Source of the DNA: a virus
Lineage: Duplodnaviria > Caudoviricetes
DNA: 64,000 nucleotides
Virus record (IMG/VR): IMGVR_UViG_3300028804_000001
Coordinates: 96,001 to 160,000 of that record
Reading direction: 5' to 3' (one strand)
The position numbers were made by a program, and so were the translations under genes. Shown in pieces: positions 9,108 through 16,775 of the stretch. The notes below the pieces were generated by a model. It made no database searches. It was not told the DNA's origin and was given only the letters and a program-made list of their open reading frames with translations. Each line of letters begins with the position of its first letter. Position 1 is the stretch's first letter.

Positions 9108-9572
9108 ATGTCTTCTAAAAAGAAGAGTAAGACTAATGACTCATCTATCGCTTCTATAAGTGAAGAAGTCTACGGGACAGTTATCTTTTTTCTCTATTGC
9201 CCTGCAAGGGATCTTAAAAAACATATACTAAAGAGCAAATCGATAGTAGATACTTTTGGAGATTCAAAAACTAGAGACCATGTAACTGAAACGCCTGCAC
9301 CTGATAGCCATGGAGAAACAACTACATGGGTAAACAAGTTTAAAGATAATGACAGGCTGTATATTTTAATATGGATAAACTCAGAAACAATTACTAAGTC
9401 TAGAGGTTTCGAACACTTAGCTGGAATAGTTGCACATGAATCTCTCCATGCTTCTATATTTGCTCTTAAAAGATTACAAGTAGAGGTAGATGTAGAATCG
9501 CAAGAAGCGATCTGCTATTATATACAATGGATAGTATTAAATCTTACAAAATGGATAAAGGACAAATGGTAG
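9108..9572 (+). CDS. Putative zinc metallopeptidase-like protein
   Basis: HExxH motif (AHESLH) with downstream QEAICY. Confidence 0.55.
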   Translation: MSSKKKSKTNDSSIASISEEVYGTVIFFLYCPARDLKKHILKSKSIVDTFGDSKTRDHVTETPAPDSHGETTTWVNKFKDNDRLYILIWINSETITKSRGFEHLAGIVAHESLHASIFALKRLQVEVDVESQEAICYYIQWIVLNLTKWIKDKW

Positions 9573-9961
9573 CATCCCGTTACAACGATGGGATGATCAG
9601 AGTCTATTGGAACCTTCATAAGAAGTGTTATTCATTATCAGTTTATAGAAAAGGAAAAGGTTGGAGTAAAGTAGAACATAAGGACCATGTTCAGTTAAAG
9701 AATGCGTTTCCTCTAGTAAGAGTTAGAGGTAGAGAACGAGTAAGAAAAGAAAAAAGAAAGAACGTGCATGCATTCCTAATAGGATATCCGGCCGATAATC
9801 TTAAAATCGGTCTTTCTAAAATTACATATAATCCTTATGAGAATGAAACATTTGTTATAAATAGCATAGCGGGAGAAAAAGAATGGGAGGGTGGATCCAT
9901 TATAATGAAAGTAGATAACTTTCCAGATGGGCCCAAACCAAGAATCCATTTAGCATTTTAA
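9566..9961 (+). CDS. Conserved phage hypothetical protein
   Basis: VYWNLHKKCYS...RVRKEKRKNVHAF...ITYNPY motif set seen in many phages; AAAGGA SD before 9566. Confidence 0.7.
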   Translation: MVASRYNDGMIRVYWNLHKKCYSLSVYRKGKGWSKVEHKDHVQLKNAFPLVRVRGRERVRKEKRKNVHAFLIGYPADNLKIGLSKITYNPYENETFVINSIAGEKEWEGGSIIMKVDNFPDGPKPRIHLAF

Positions 9962-9962
9962 C

Positions 9963-10445
9963 ATGGAAATAGAAGGCTACTTAATAGGCGCATCTATATA
10001 TACCTGCCTGGGTCTAGTAACAGAAACTATCTTTACATCAATTTGGAACTTTTTCTCCGACCATCAGAAGAATAATATATGGTTATTTCATGGGACTGTT
10101 TCTCTTCTTATGATTCCTGTATATTTTACAGGTTACTACTTTCTATCTGCTCCACTATCGCCTTTTCTTTCTAAATCTAACATCTATCTTACCTGCGTAA
10201 TTATAACACTGATGATATATACGGTTGAGTTCTCATGGGCATCTATCTATGACTTATTCAATATCCGACCATGGAACTATGACCATTCTACTACCCTGTT
10301 TGGGGTATATATAAGATTTGATATTCAGGGTAAGATAACAATGCTGTATCTTCCCTTCTGGCTTTTATTCTCTTTTATCACCTGGAAATATCACCTTTTG
10401 TTTGTGAATATATATGAAACATACATAAGGAAATACTGCATGTAA
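9963..10445 (+). CDS. Multi-pass membrane protein (CmpB/putative ABC permease-like)
   Basis: Four TM segments; GLVTETIFT, SLLMIPVY, VEF, PWNY, I.M.YLPFW. Confidence 0.65.
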   Translation: MEIEGYLIGASIYTCLGLVTETIFTSIWNFFSDHQKNNIWLFHGTVSLLMIPVYFTGYYFLSAPLSPFLSKSNIYLTCVIITLMIYTVEFSWASIYDLFNIRPWNYDHSTTLFGVYIRFDIQGKITMLYLPFWLLFSFITWKYHLLFVNIYETYIRKYCM

Positions 10446-10450
10446 TAGAG

Positions 10451-10478
10451 TTGACCGCCTGAGTTTTTTAAATAGAAT
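10451..10478 (+). promoter_or_regulatory. sigma70-type promoter
   Basis: TTGACC-16 nt-TAGAAT, 10 nt before ATG 10489. Confidence 0.55.
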
Positions 10479-10488
10479 GTGATACTTA

Positions 10489-10716
10489 ATGAGCTTTTCT
10501 GATGAACAGGCATGGGAAGGAGATAAATATCGCCTTGTCATTAGAACGTATTCTAAAGATTCCTCTTTCTATAGAGTAATCGTAGAGAGAAGAATGGGTC
10601 CGTTCTGGCTTCCTATGGGCGAGTTAAAAGATATTCTTAAGCTGCTGAAGAATCTTGAGATATCGCCTGACGACTTTTTATCCGAATGGGTTGAAAGAAG
10701 AAAAGGTACGAAGTAA
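10489..10716 (+). CDS. Hypothetical protein
   Basis: ORF directly downstream of promoter. Confidence 0.6.
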   Translation: MSFSDEQAWEGDKYRLVIRTYSKDSSFYRVIVERRMGPFWLPMGELKDILKLLKNLEISPDDFLSEWVERRKGTK

Positions 10717-10738
10717 GTATACTGTCTATTATATAACA

Positions 10739-10915
10739 ATGGATACAAACAAGATTATTGAATTAGGTAAAACCGGCGGCGGACTTGCTGGATGGATTGC
10801 TTTAATTGTAGTTGGTGCACTCTTTCACAACTATGTTATGGCAGGCGCCATCATTGGAACCGTCTTAATGGTCGGTTTACTGGCTTTTGATATATACAAA
10901 AAAAGAAAAGGCTAA
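10739..10915 (+). CDS. Small two-TM membrane protein
   Basis: MDTNKIIELGKTGGGLAGWIALIVVG...YKKRKG; followed by terminator. Confidence 0.6.
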   Translation: MDTNKIIELGKTGGGLAGWIALIVVGALFHNYVMAGAIIGTVLMVGLLAFDIYKKRKG

Positions 10916-10920
10916 TTTAT

Positions 10921-10954
10921 AAAAAGGAGGCTCTTAATGGGGCCTCCTTTTTTT
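10921..10954. terminator. Rho-independent (likely bidirectional) terminator
   Basis: AAAAAGGAGGCTC-loop-GGGCCTCCTTTTTTT. Confidence 0.85.
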
Positions 10955-10989
10955 ATTGACCCGTCCAAATAAAGATACTTTACTGCCTT

Positions 10990-11226
10990 GTGCATCTGAA
11001 ATTAGCAACTCTAAGAAGATTGCTTAGATTCTCCAAAAGCATCTATCCGCGTATTATAATCTTTATCATAGCATTGATTATCGTAGATGCTATCTCTCCT
11101 GTATGCAGGATAGAATGTAATATCAAAATTCACAACCAACAAGAGGATAAGAAAGATGAATATCTTATGGAACAAAATACAAGAGTGGTTAAAAAAGAAT
11201 CTCCTTCTTGTAATCCTTATTGCTAA
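10990..11226 (+). CDS. Hypothetical membrane protein
   Basis: GTG start shortly after TTGACC-17-TTTACT; one TM; overlaps next ORF. Confidence 0.4.
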   Translation: MHLKLATLRRLLRFSKSIYPRIIIFIIALIIVDAISPVCRIECNIKIHNQQEDKKDEYLMEQNTRVVKKESPSCNPYC

Positions 11227-11578
11227 TAGTGCGATTCTCTTATATGCTCTTCTCACTCTTGAGATTAACATCAAGAATGAGAATTTCCAATTCCAGTTCC
11301 AGTCTCAGGATCAAAGACAGTGGCAGCTGCAGCAGACCGTAATAGTTAATGGTCAGATCTTCCAGCAGTTTAAGTTAGAATCAGAAGCATGGACTGCTAA
11401 AGATTGTGGTATTGAACATCACGCTTGGAATAGTTTGTTTGGTGAGAATAATGAATTCCAGCTCTATACCTGTATTGCTAAACACTGTAAGGATAAGCCT
11501 TTTGGATGTTCTAATGTAATAGTGGATAGTAAAAACTATTCATTCTTTATTCTCTATTGGAATGTAAAAGATAAATGA
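11156..11578 (+). CDS. Hypothetical membrane-anchored protein
   Basis: One TM, Gln-rich segment. Confidence 0.6.
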   Translation: MNILWNKIQEWLKKNLLLVILIANSAILLYALLTLEINIKNENFQFQFQSQDQRQWQLQQTVIVNGQIFQQFKLESEAWTAKDCGIEHHAWNSLFGENNEFQLYTCIAKHCKDKPFGCSNVIVDSKNYSFFILYWNVKDK

Positions 11579-11913
11579 AAACCTGCCCACGTTGCAAGAA
11601 ATCTAAACAGATAACAGATTTCTATAAATCCAAGCACACTAAAGATGGCCGGCACGTATACTGTGCCGATTGCTCTAAAGCTATTAAGAAGTTATCTGAT
11701 CATAAGAATATGAAGAAGAAGGGATCTAACTTTAAGATCCCAGATTCTAAAGTATGTTCCAGATGTAAGAAAGTAAAATCATCGGATAACTTTGTTAAGA
11801 ATGAAAGATCTGGAGATGGACTCTGGTGGTACTGCAAGTCGTGCGATGCAGAATATCGTAAGATAGACTATAAGAAAAAAGCAGCTAGAAGAGCTGCTAC
11901 TAAGAAGGTATAA
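11575..11913 (+). CDS. Tandem zinc-ribbon protein (HNH-endonuclease-associated CxxC repeats)
   Basis: Two K.CxxCKK.K...F.K.....DG....CxxC repeats; no HNH domain. Confidence 0.7.
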   Translation: MKTCPRCKKSKQITDFYKSKHTKDGRHVYCADCSKAIKKLSDHKNMKKKGSNFKIPDSKVCSRCKKVKSSDNFVKNERSGDGLWWYCKSCDAEYRKIDYKKKAARRAATKKV

Positions 11914-11914
11914 T

Positions 11915-12295
11915 ATGATGTCCATGGCTGATTATCTTGGAGATACATCATTTAGTTCCAATAATCCAAATATTGGAGTAGCATATGGTTCAACTTCTGG
12001 ACCAATTAAAGAAGCATGTACACTCAATACATCTGGTTCTTACACTGGAGATAATATTCAGAGAATATGGGATCCTAATAAAAACTATGGTATTTGGAAT
12101 CCCCTCGAACAATATCAAGAAGCTGCTCCTACTATTACATTAGATATTCATTTAACAGAAGATGATCTCTTAACACATATGGAATCCGGCAGGCATTTAT
12201 CTCATAAAACTATTCTGTTGCTAATGATAAGACAGAGAAGAATAGAAAAAATATTAGCTAAGGCTTTGAAGGACAGTAACATCCAGGATAAATAA
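11915..12295 (+). CDS. Hypothetical protein
   Basis: Packed ORF. Confidence 0.6.
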   Translation: MMSMADYLGDTSFSSNNPNIGVAYGSTSGPIKEACTLNTSGSYTGDNIQRIWDPNKNYGIWNPLEQYQEAAPTITLDIHLTEDDLLTHMESGRHLSHKTILLLMIRQRRIEKILAKALKDSNIQDK

Positions 12296-12334
12296 TAACT
12301 GGTACGTATCATCTAATATATTCTCACATTAGGT

Positions 12335-12667
12335 ATGATTAATTCGCGTGACGAAGATCCTACTGATATATCTGAAGAATGGAAAGAACTTCTTGGAGCA
12401 GAAAGGGCAGAAGAAGTTGCACAGTTTGTAGATCAGCTGATGGAAAATGCCAGCCTAATGGTAGATGGAACCTTCGGTCTTATACTTAAAAATATTTCAA
12501 TCACCGCAGAGATAGACGGAAAAGATATTCAGATTAATGCTAATCTAGTAGATCCAGGATCCGAGATAGTAGTCCTAGAACCTTCAGAGTTATTTGATGA
12601 TGAAGACACTGACTATGACATCGATGATGATACAGGTGATATTATTTTTCTCGAAAGAGAAGAATAA
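12335..12667 (+). CDS. Acidic hypothetical protein
   Basis: Very Asp/Glu-rich; converges on the tRNA cluster. Confidence 0.6.
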   Translation: MINSRDEDPTDISEEWKELLGAERAEEVAQFVDQLMENASLMVDGTFGLILKNISITAEIDGKDIQINANLVDPGSEIVVLEPSELFDDEDTDYDIDDDTGDIIFLEREE

Positions 12668-12674
12668 TTAATAG

Positions 12675-12756
12675 GGGGCCTGGGTGGATTTGAACCACCG
12701 TTTCTTACAGATCTGGAGTACATCTCTGTAAGCGCATAACCGCTTGCATCAAGCCC
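12675..12756 (-). ncRNA. tRNA-like RNA with elongated anticodon arm
   Basis: Acceptor GGGCUUG/CAGGCCC; D-arm GCA-AGCGGUUA-UGC; 8-bp stem CUUACAGA/UCUGUAAG with 13-nt loop; T-arm GGUGG-UUCAAAU-CCACC. Confidence 0.7.
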
Positions 12757-12759
12757 ATT

Positions 12760-12810
12760 TGGTGCCCCATCTACGACTCGACGTAGACGATAGCTTAAAC
12801 TATATGGGGC
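12760..12810 (-). ncRNA. 51-nt minimal tRNA-like RNA with encoded ACCA 3' end
   Basis: GCCCCAU/AUGGGGC acceptor + ACCA; hairpin AUAG-UUUAAG-CUAU; T-like arm CUACG-UCGAGU-CGUAG. Confidence 0.65.
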
Positions 12811-12816
12811 GTTCTG

Positions 12817-12888
12817 TTAGCCATCAGGGGTTCGAACCCTGGACAAAGCCTTTTAGAGGGGCCTGCTCTACCACTGAGCTAATGGCTA
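12817..12888 (-). tRNA. Amber suppressor tRNA, anticodon CUA
   Basis: UAGCCAU UA GCUC AGUGGUA GAGC A GGCCC CU-CUA-AA AGGCU UUGUC CAGGG UUCGAAC CCCUG AUGGCUA A; canonical cloverleaf with U33 and A37. Confidence 0.9.
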
Positions 12889-12896
12889 ATATTCTT

Positions 12897-13226
12897 TTAA
12901 AGCTTCAACAGCTTGTATTCTTTAAACACTTTCCTCCTTTTCTTATTGGTAATTGGTTCACTTGCTATGGCAGTCATAGCATAGTCAAGATCCGAATCAA
13001 TAAAATAACGGTATCTAATACCATTATCATCTAGATTGCGCATTGCTTTAATCAGTTCTCGCTCGGATCCTATAGAAAGGACCACAGTGTGGAGATTGGT
13101 TACTGATTTGTAGAAGTGGTTTATAGCCTCACAGGCTGCGTGGATGGATTGAACACATTGCTGTTCCTTAGGCAGATCGCTTCGGATCAGAATGTAGATA
13201 TAAGGTTTATCTATCTAGTGTTTCAT
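12897..13226 (-). CDS. Peptidyl-tRNA hydrolase II (PTH2/PTRHD1-like) with in-frame TAG at codon 4
   Basis: MKH*IDKPYIYILIRSDLPKEQQCVQSIHAACEA...TVVLSIGSEREL...FIDSDLDYAMTAIASEP; YxxxRxDL, QxxHA, VVL..E.EL and D...TAIA..P match the PTH2 fold; ORF track calls only the last 62 aa. Confidence 0.8.
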
Positions 13227-13235
13227 GATGTAACT

Positions 13236-13265
13236 ATAGTAGCACAATATCTGGCGTACCGTCAA
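13236..13265 (-). promoter_or_regulatory. sigma70 promoter for the pth2/tRNA cassette
   Basis: TTGACG-18 nt-TACTAT with extended -10 TG; 9 nt before ATG 13226. Confidence 0.7.
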
Positions 13266-13344
13266 CAAAAAAAATTACTATTTATGCACATACTAACCAT
13301 TTCAAAATATTGACAGATACTTGGCAACAAGAGGATATAGCCAT

Positions 13345-13728
13345 ATGGAACAAGAAACAGGAGATACTATAGAGATTAAAGAAGCCCCTTCAAAGATACG
13401 TAAGTTTAAAAACATGAAAGAAGCTGTTCAGTATTATGGAGAACAGGGCCATACCCCTGAACAAATATCCAGGTTCACTGGATTTGATGAAGGGCATGTA
13501 CGTGCAACGATGAAAGAATTATCCCTGATAGAGGGTAATCTAGTAACTCAAGCACAAACATTAAAGCTAGTTGGACTTCTTCTAGATGAAAGTCTAACAT
13601 TTGAAGAGATCGGCCGGAAGTTTGGTATTACCAGACAGGCAGTAGAATCAGTTAAGAGGAAGGGTTTGGAGTTTGGGATTCCTTTCCCAGAAAGATCCAG
13701 TTCAACTGGAAAAAGGAGATTAAGATGA
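13345..13728 (+). CDS. HTH DNA-binding protein (sigma70 region 4-like)
   Basis: TPEQISRFTG and LTFEEIGRKFGITRQAVESV HTH motifs; GAGGA SD before ATG 13345. Confidence 0.7.
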   Translation: MEQETGDTIEIKEAPSKIRKFKNMKEAVQYYGEQGHTPEQISRFTGFDEGHVRATMKELSLIEGNLVTQAQTLKLVGLLLDESLTFEEIGRKFGITRQAVESVKRKGLEFGIPFPERSSSTGKRRLR

Positions 13729-14045
13729 GACTGCAGCAGGAAGAACGGATTAGGAGATCCATTAACGAAGTCTCCCATCTGTTATCCCCCCAAGACTTAA
13801 GATCTGTTCTGAACATTCCAGAAGAGATTAGAAAAGAAATAAACACCGTAAAGAAGATCAAAGGTAGAGATCTTACTGATGCCGAACTGGAGATTCTTGC
13901 GGAGTTTACAACAAGATCTATAGAGAAGCTTGCTGAAAGTGCCACTAAAGCAAAAGAGCAAGAACCAAACCTCTTCCAAAAAGCGGTTCGTTTTTTTGAT
14001 AAGTTCCGTTTATGGGTGGAGGAACAGTTTGGCAAAAATAGCTAA
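13725..14045 (+). CDS. Hypothetical protein
   Basis: ATGA overlap with HTH gene. Confidence 0.6.
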   Translation: MRLQQEERIRRSINEVSHLLSPQDLRSVLNIPEEIRKEINTVKKIKGRDLTDAELEILAEFTTRSIEKLAESATKAKEQEPNLFQKAVRFFDKFRLWVEEQFGKNS

Positions 14046-14655
14046 GAATGAAGCGTGTGTTATCATAGACTTTTGGAACTTCTCTCATTCTATATATAAA
14101 TTCTTAAAACAGGATTTAAAGCCTATAAAGGGCCAAACGAATGAAAATGCGCATAAGTCTAGTAAGATTAATTGGATAGCTGTTCCAAATATAATCGTAC
14201 AAGAATACTCTAAATCTAGTGGTAAGGGTTTGGTTCTAGAGCCTGCCAATGTTCACATACATCTAGCCTATTTCCAAAAGCATAGTAATGGCTTTATGGA
14301 AAAGCTTCTATATGCGATGGATATGGCGGGGTTCTCTATACATAATCACCCAACGGTTCTTAGAGAAACTAAGTGCGATGAATGTGGTTTAGTTAAACAA
14401 GAATACAAAGAGAAAGGTGTAGATGTATCTATTGCAGTCCAGATGCTAACTTCTAAATACCATTATATCTTTCTTCTTTCAGAAGATGCAGATCTGATAC
14501 CCGCGGTAACGGAAGTGCAAAAACATAATAAGAAAGTTATAAACGTATATACCTCTGGTAGAAATACATTTGAGGATATAAGTTTTAACGCAATGGATGC
14601 TCGTAAAATAATGGGCCGGCTGATATCTACTATACCTGGTAAGAATCTGGGATAA
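14029..14655 (+). CDS. NYN (LabA/DUF88, PIN-like) domain nuclease
   Basis: IIDFWNF, EKGVDVSIAVQM, LSEDADLIPAV; CxxC insert; GGAGG SD before TTG 14029. Confidence 0.85.
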   Translation: MAKIAKNEACVIIDFWNFSHSIYKFLKQDLKPIKGQTNENAHKSSKINWIAVPNIIVQEYSKSSGKGLVLEPANVHIHLAYFQKHSNGFMEKLLYAMDMAGFSIHNHPTVLRETKCDECGLVKQEYKEKGVDVSIAVQMLTSKYHYIFLLSEDADLIPAVTEVQKHNKKVINVYTSGRNTFEDISFNAMDARKIMGRLISTIPGKNLG

Positions 14656-14656
14656 T

Positions 14657-15316
14657 TTATCTCTGATTCTGCCACCAGGTCATATCTTTTCCCTTACCTG
14701 CATAGGTTGTGGATAAAGCGTGCCTAACTGTGATATGCTTAACCTCATCTATGTAGGTAAGCTGCCTTACCTTTTTAGATAAAGAAACGCACACCATTTT
14801 ATTATAGCCTAGATCTTCTCCAAAGGTATAAGCTTCTGGCCATCGAATATCCTTAAAGGATTTATGTAGAATATAGGATCCAACCGGGTATGGATTAAAG
14901 CTAGGTGTAATTATGTTAGCTAGTTCTGTAGTAGTCCTTATTGTTCTTCCAACGGCCCACATAAAATTATCAGGAACCATGTGATGCATATCATCTTCGG
15001 ATGGTTGGAAATATCTCTCAGAAGCAAAGAATACTGCAAGGGATCCACTAGTTAAGTTCTCTATCATACGTGAGCAGAAGAAGTTGTGAAGAACAATGTC
15101 ATCATCGTCTATGAAGTAAATATAGTCCCCAGTGGATCTGGCTAGAGCTATGTTTCTCTGAGCACCTGCGGATTTCTTTTCAGATATAACTATAGGGTTC
15201 TTGACTATCTCAATACCAGATGGGACCGCCAGGTTGTTTATGGCAGTCAGGCATCTTTTTAGATAATGTTCTCTTGGGGGTATTGTTGGAATAATGAAAT
15301 CAATCTGAATCTTCAT
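14657..15316 (-). CDS. Glycosyltransferase family 2
   Basis: IIPT, AQRNIAL, YIYFIDDDD, GEDL. Confidence 0.8.
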   Translation of the reverse strand: MKIQIDFIIPTIPPREHYLKRCLTAINNLAVPSGIEIVKNPIVISEKKSAGAQRNIALARSTGDYIYFIDDDDIVLHNFFCSRMIENLTSGSLAVFFASERYFQPSEDDMHHMVPDNFMWAVGRTIRTTTELANIITPSFNPYPVGSYILHKSFKDIRWPEAYTFGEDLGYNKMVCVSLSKKVRQLTYIDEVKHITVRHALSTTYAGKGKDMTWWQNQR

Positions 15317-16221
15317 TTAACTGGCAGTATGTTGTTATTAATGAATTCAGTCAACTCCGTTCTCCACCCACGCCGCATACTGTTAAGCCCAGTCTCAGCA
15401 TAGAATCTTTTAGTATCCATTACTGCATCTACTGGTCTCTTTGCTGGCCTGTTGTCACTAATGTAGCTAATAGGATATACCTTAACTGCTTTATCTATCT
15501 TATACTTAATACGCAGTGTTCTAACTATATGTTCTATGAACTCATGAGAAGATGCTTTTCCATCGCAAGATAAGTGATATGTTCCACACATTCTCTGGAA
15601 TACGCCAGCACCTCTGTTCATTATAGCAGCAATGTGTTTTGCTATATATTCGGTAGAAGTTGGGCAAACGAACCTATCTAAAAACCCGATAATCTTAGTA
15701 TCGGTGGTAATAGAACGTAATGTGGATGATAGTGTAGATGATGGGGATTCATCGTATATATCTCCAATCCTTATTACAACATGATCCTTACTTCTTGATA
15801 TTACTCCAGATTCTCCTCTTAATTTAGTCATCCCATAATAAGAAAGAGGCTTGGGAGTATCTCCTTCACTGTATGCTTTTCCAGAACTACCATCGAAAAC
15901 ATGATTGGTAGAAAAATGAAGAAGCTTAGCTTTAGATGTAGAGCATACATTGGCTAGAGTTGCTGGGAACTCAGAGTTGAGTTTTCTACATAAAGATCGA
16001 TCTTCTTCTTCGGCTTTGTCTAAATTGGTATAAGCTATACAGTTGATAACGATATTAACTTCATTAGTTTTAATGACTGATCTAAGTCTTACATCATCAA
16101 AAACATTCAACGATGCATGTGGAGGTGCAAGTAATATACTAGTATTAATGCCAGATAAAGCTCTGTGTATCTTCTGTCCTAATTTACCAGTTGAGCCAAG
16201 TAGTAATATTCTGGGTTTCAT
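15313..16221 (-). CDS. rmlD: dTDP-4-dehydrorhamnose reductase
   Basis: GSTGKLG, AYTNLDKAE, STNHVFDG, YGMTKLRGE, AKRP. Confidence 0.92.
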   Translation of the reverse strand: MKPRILLLGSTGKLGQKIHRALSGINTSILLAPPHASLNVFDDVRLRSVIKTNEVNIVINCIAYTNLDKAEEEDRSLCRKLNSEFPATLANVCSTSKAKLLHFSTNHVFDGSSGKAYSEGDTPKPLSYYGMTKLRGESGVISRSKDHVVIRIGDIYDESPSSTLSSTLRSITTDTKIIGFLDRFVCPTSTEYIAKHIAAIMNRGAGVFQRMCGTYHLSCDGKASSHEFIEHIVRTLRIKYKIDKAVKVYPISYISDNRPAKRPVDAVMDTKRFYAETGLNSMRRGWRTELTEFINNNILPVK

Positions 16222-16775
16222 AAACTTAAAAATGGACTATTCTTATCTTTCTCAGAGAGTATAAAATCATCTAGAGGAAGATTCTTATTCCATTCCAATC
16301 CTTTAATTGCTGGATCCCTATAGTTTATATACTTAGATCCGCTGGGTGAATATGGAGCATCTACAGTATAGGAAATAATAGTATTAGGCTCTAAAGCTAG
16401 AAAACCATGCGCATGATTTTCTGGTATCCATAATGCCTCATCGTGTTCTGCAGAGAGAACACAAGAAAAGGCATGCATGAAGAACTCGCCTTCATCCAGG
16501 CATATGGCAATATCTAGTATTGCGCCATGCAATACCTTAATTAGTTTATTCTGCCTGGGCTCCTGATAGTGGAATCCTCTGAACACATTTTTATGTGAGA
16601 GGCTTACATTCTCTATAAGAGGCCTTGCCATAAAGGTATTAACGGCCAAGGAGAAGTATTCAATAGGGGATAATCCCTGTAAGAAATATCCCCTATCGTC
16701 TCTGTATTTCTTAAGCTGCACCAGAGAAAATCCAGTGGGAGATATTTGATTAGTTCCTGCAACTTGTATACTCAT
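16218..16775 (-). CDS. rmlC: dTDP-4-dehydrorhamnose 3,5-epimerase
   Basis: DDRGYF, RGFHYQ, AHGFLAL, LSEKD. Confidence 0.92.
   Translation of the reverse strand: MSIQVAGTNQISPTGFSLVQLKKYRDDRGYFLQGLSPIEYFSLAVNTFMARPLIENVSLSHKNVFRGFHYQEPRQNKLIKVLHGAILDIAICLDEGEFFMHAFSCVLSAEHDEALWIPENHAHGFLALEPNTIISYTVDAPYSPSGSKYINYRDPAIKGLEWNKNLPLDDFILSEKDKNSPFLSL

Noticed and set aside
11575-11913. HNH homing endonuclease
   Set aside because: Only the CxxC zinc-ribbon repeats are present; no HNH or endonuclease VII catalytic motif.
12817-12888. Pyrrolysine tRNA / pyl system
   Set aside because: Canonical D-loop GG, T-loop UUC and 5-bp anticodon stem are unlike tRNA-Pyl; no pylBCDS in window.
12744-13034. 96-aa + strand ORF
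   Set aside because: Antisense to the tRNA genes and pth2; shadow ORF.
12897-13085. 62-aa ORF starting at GTG as the real gene
   Set aside because: It lacks the N-terminal RxDL/QxxHA half of the PTH2 fold, which is encoded in frame upstream up to the TAG at 13215.
13116-13313. 65-aa + strand ORF
   Set aside because: Antisense to pth2 and its promoter; no SD or recognisable motifs.
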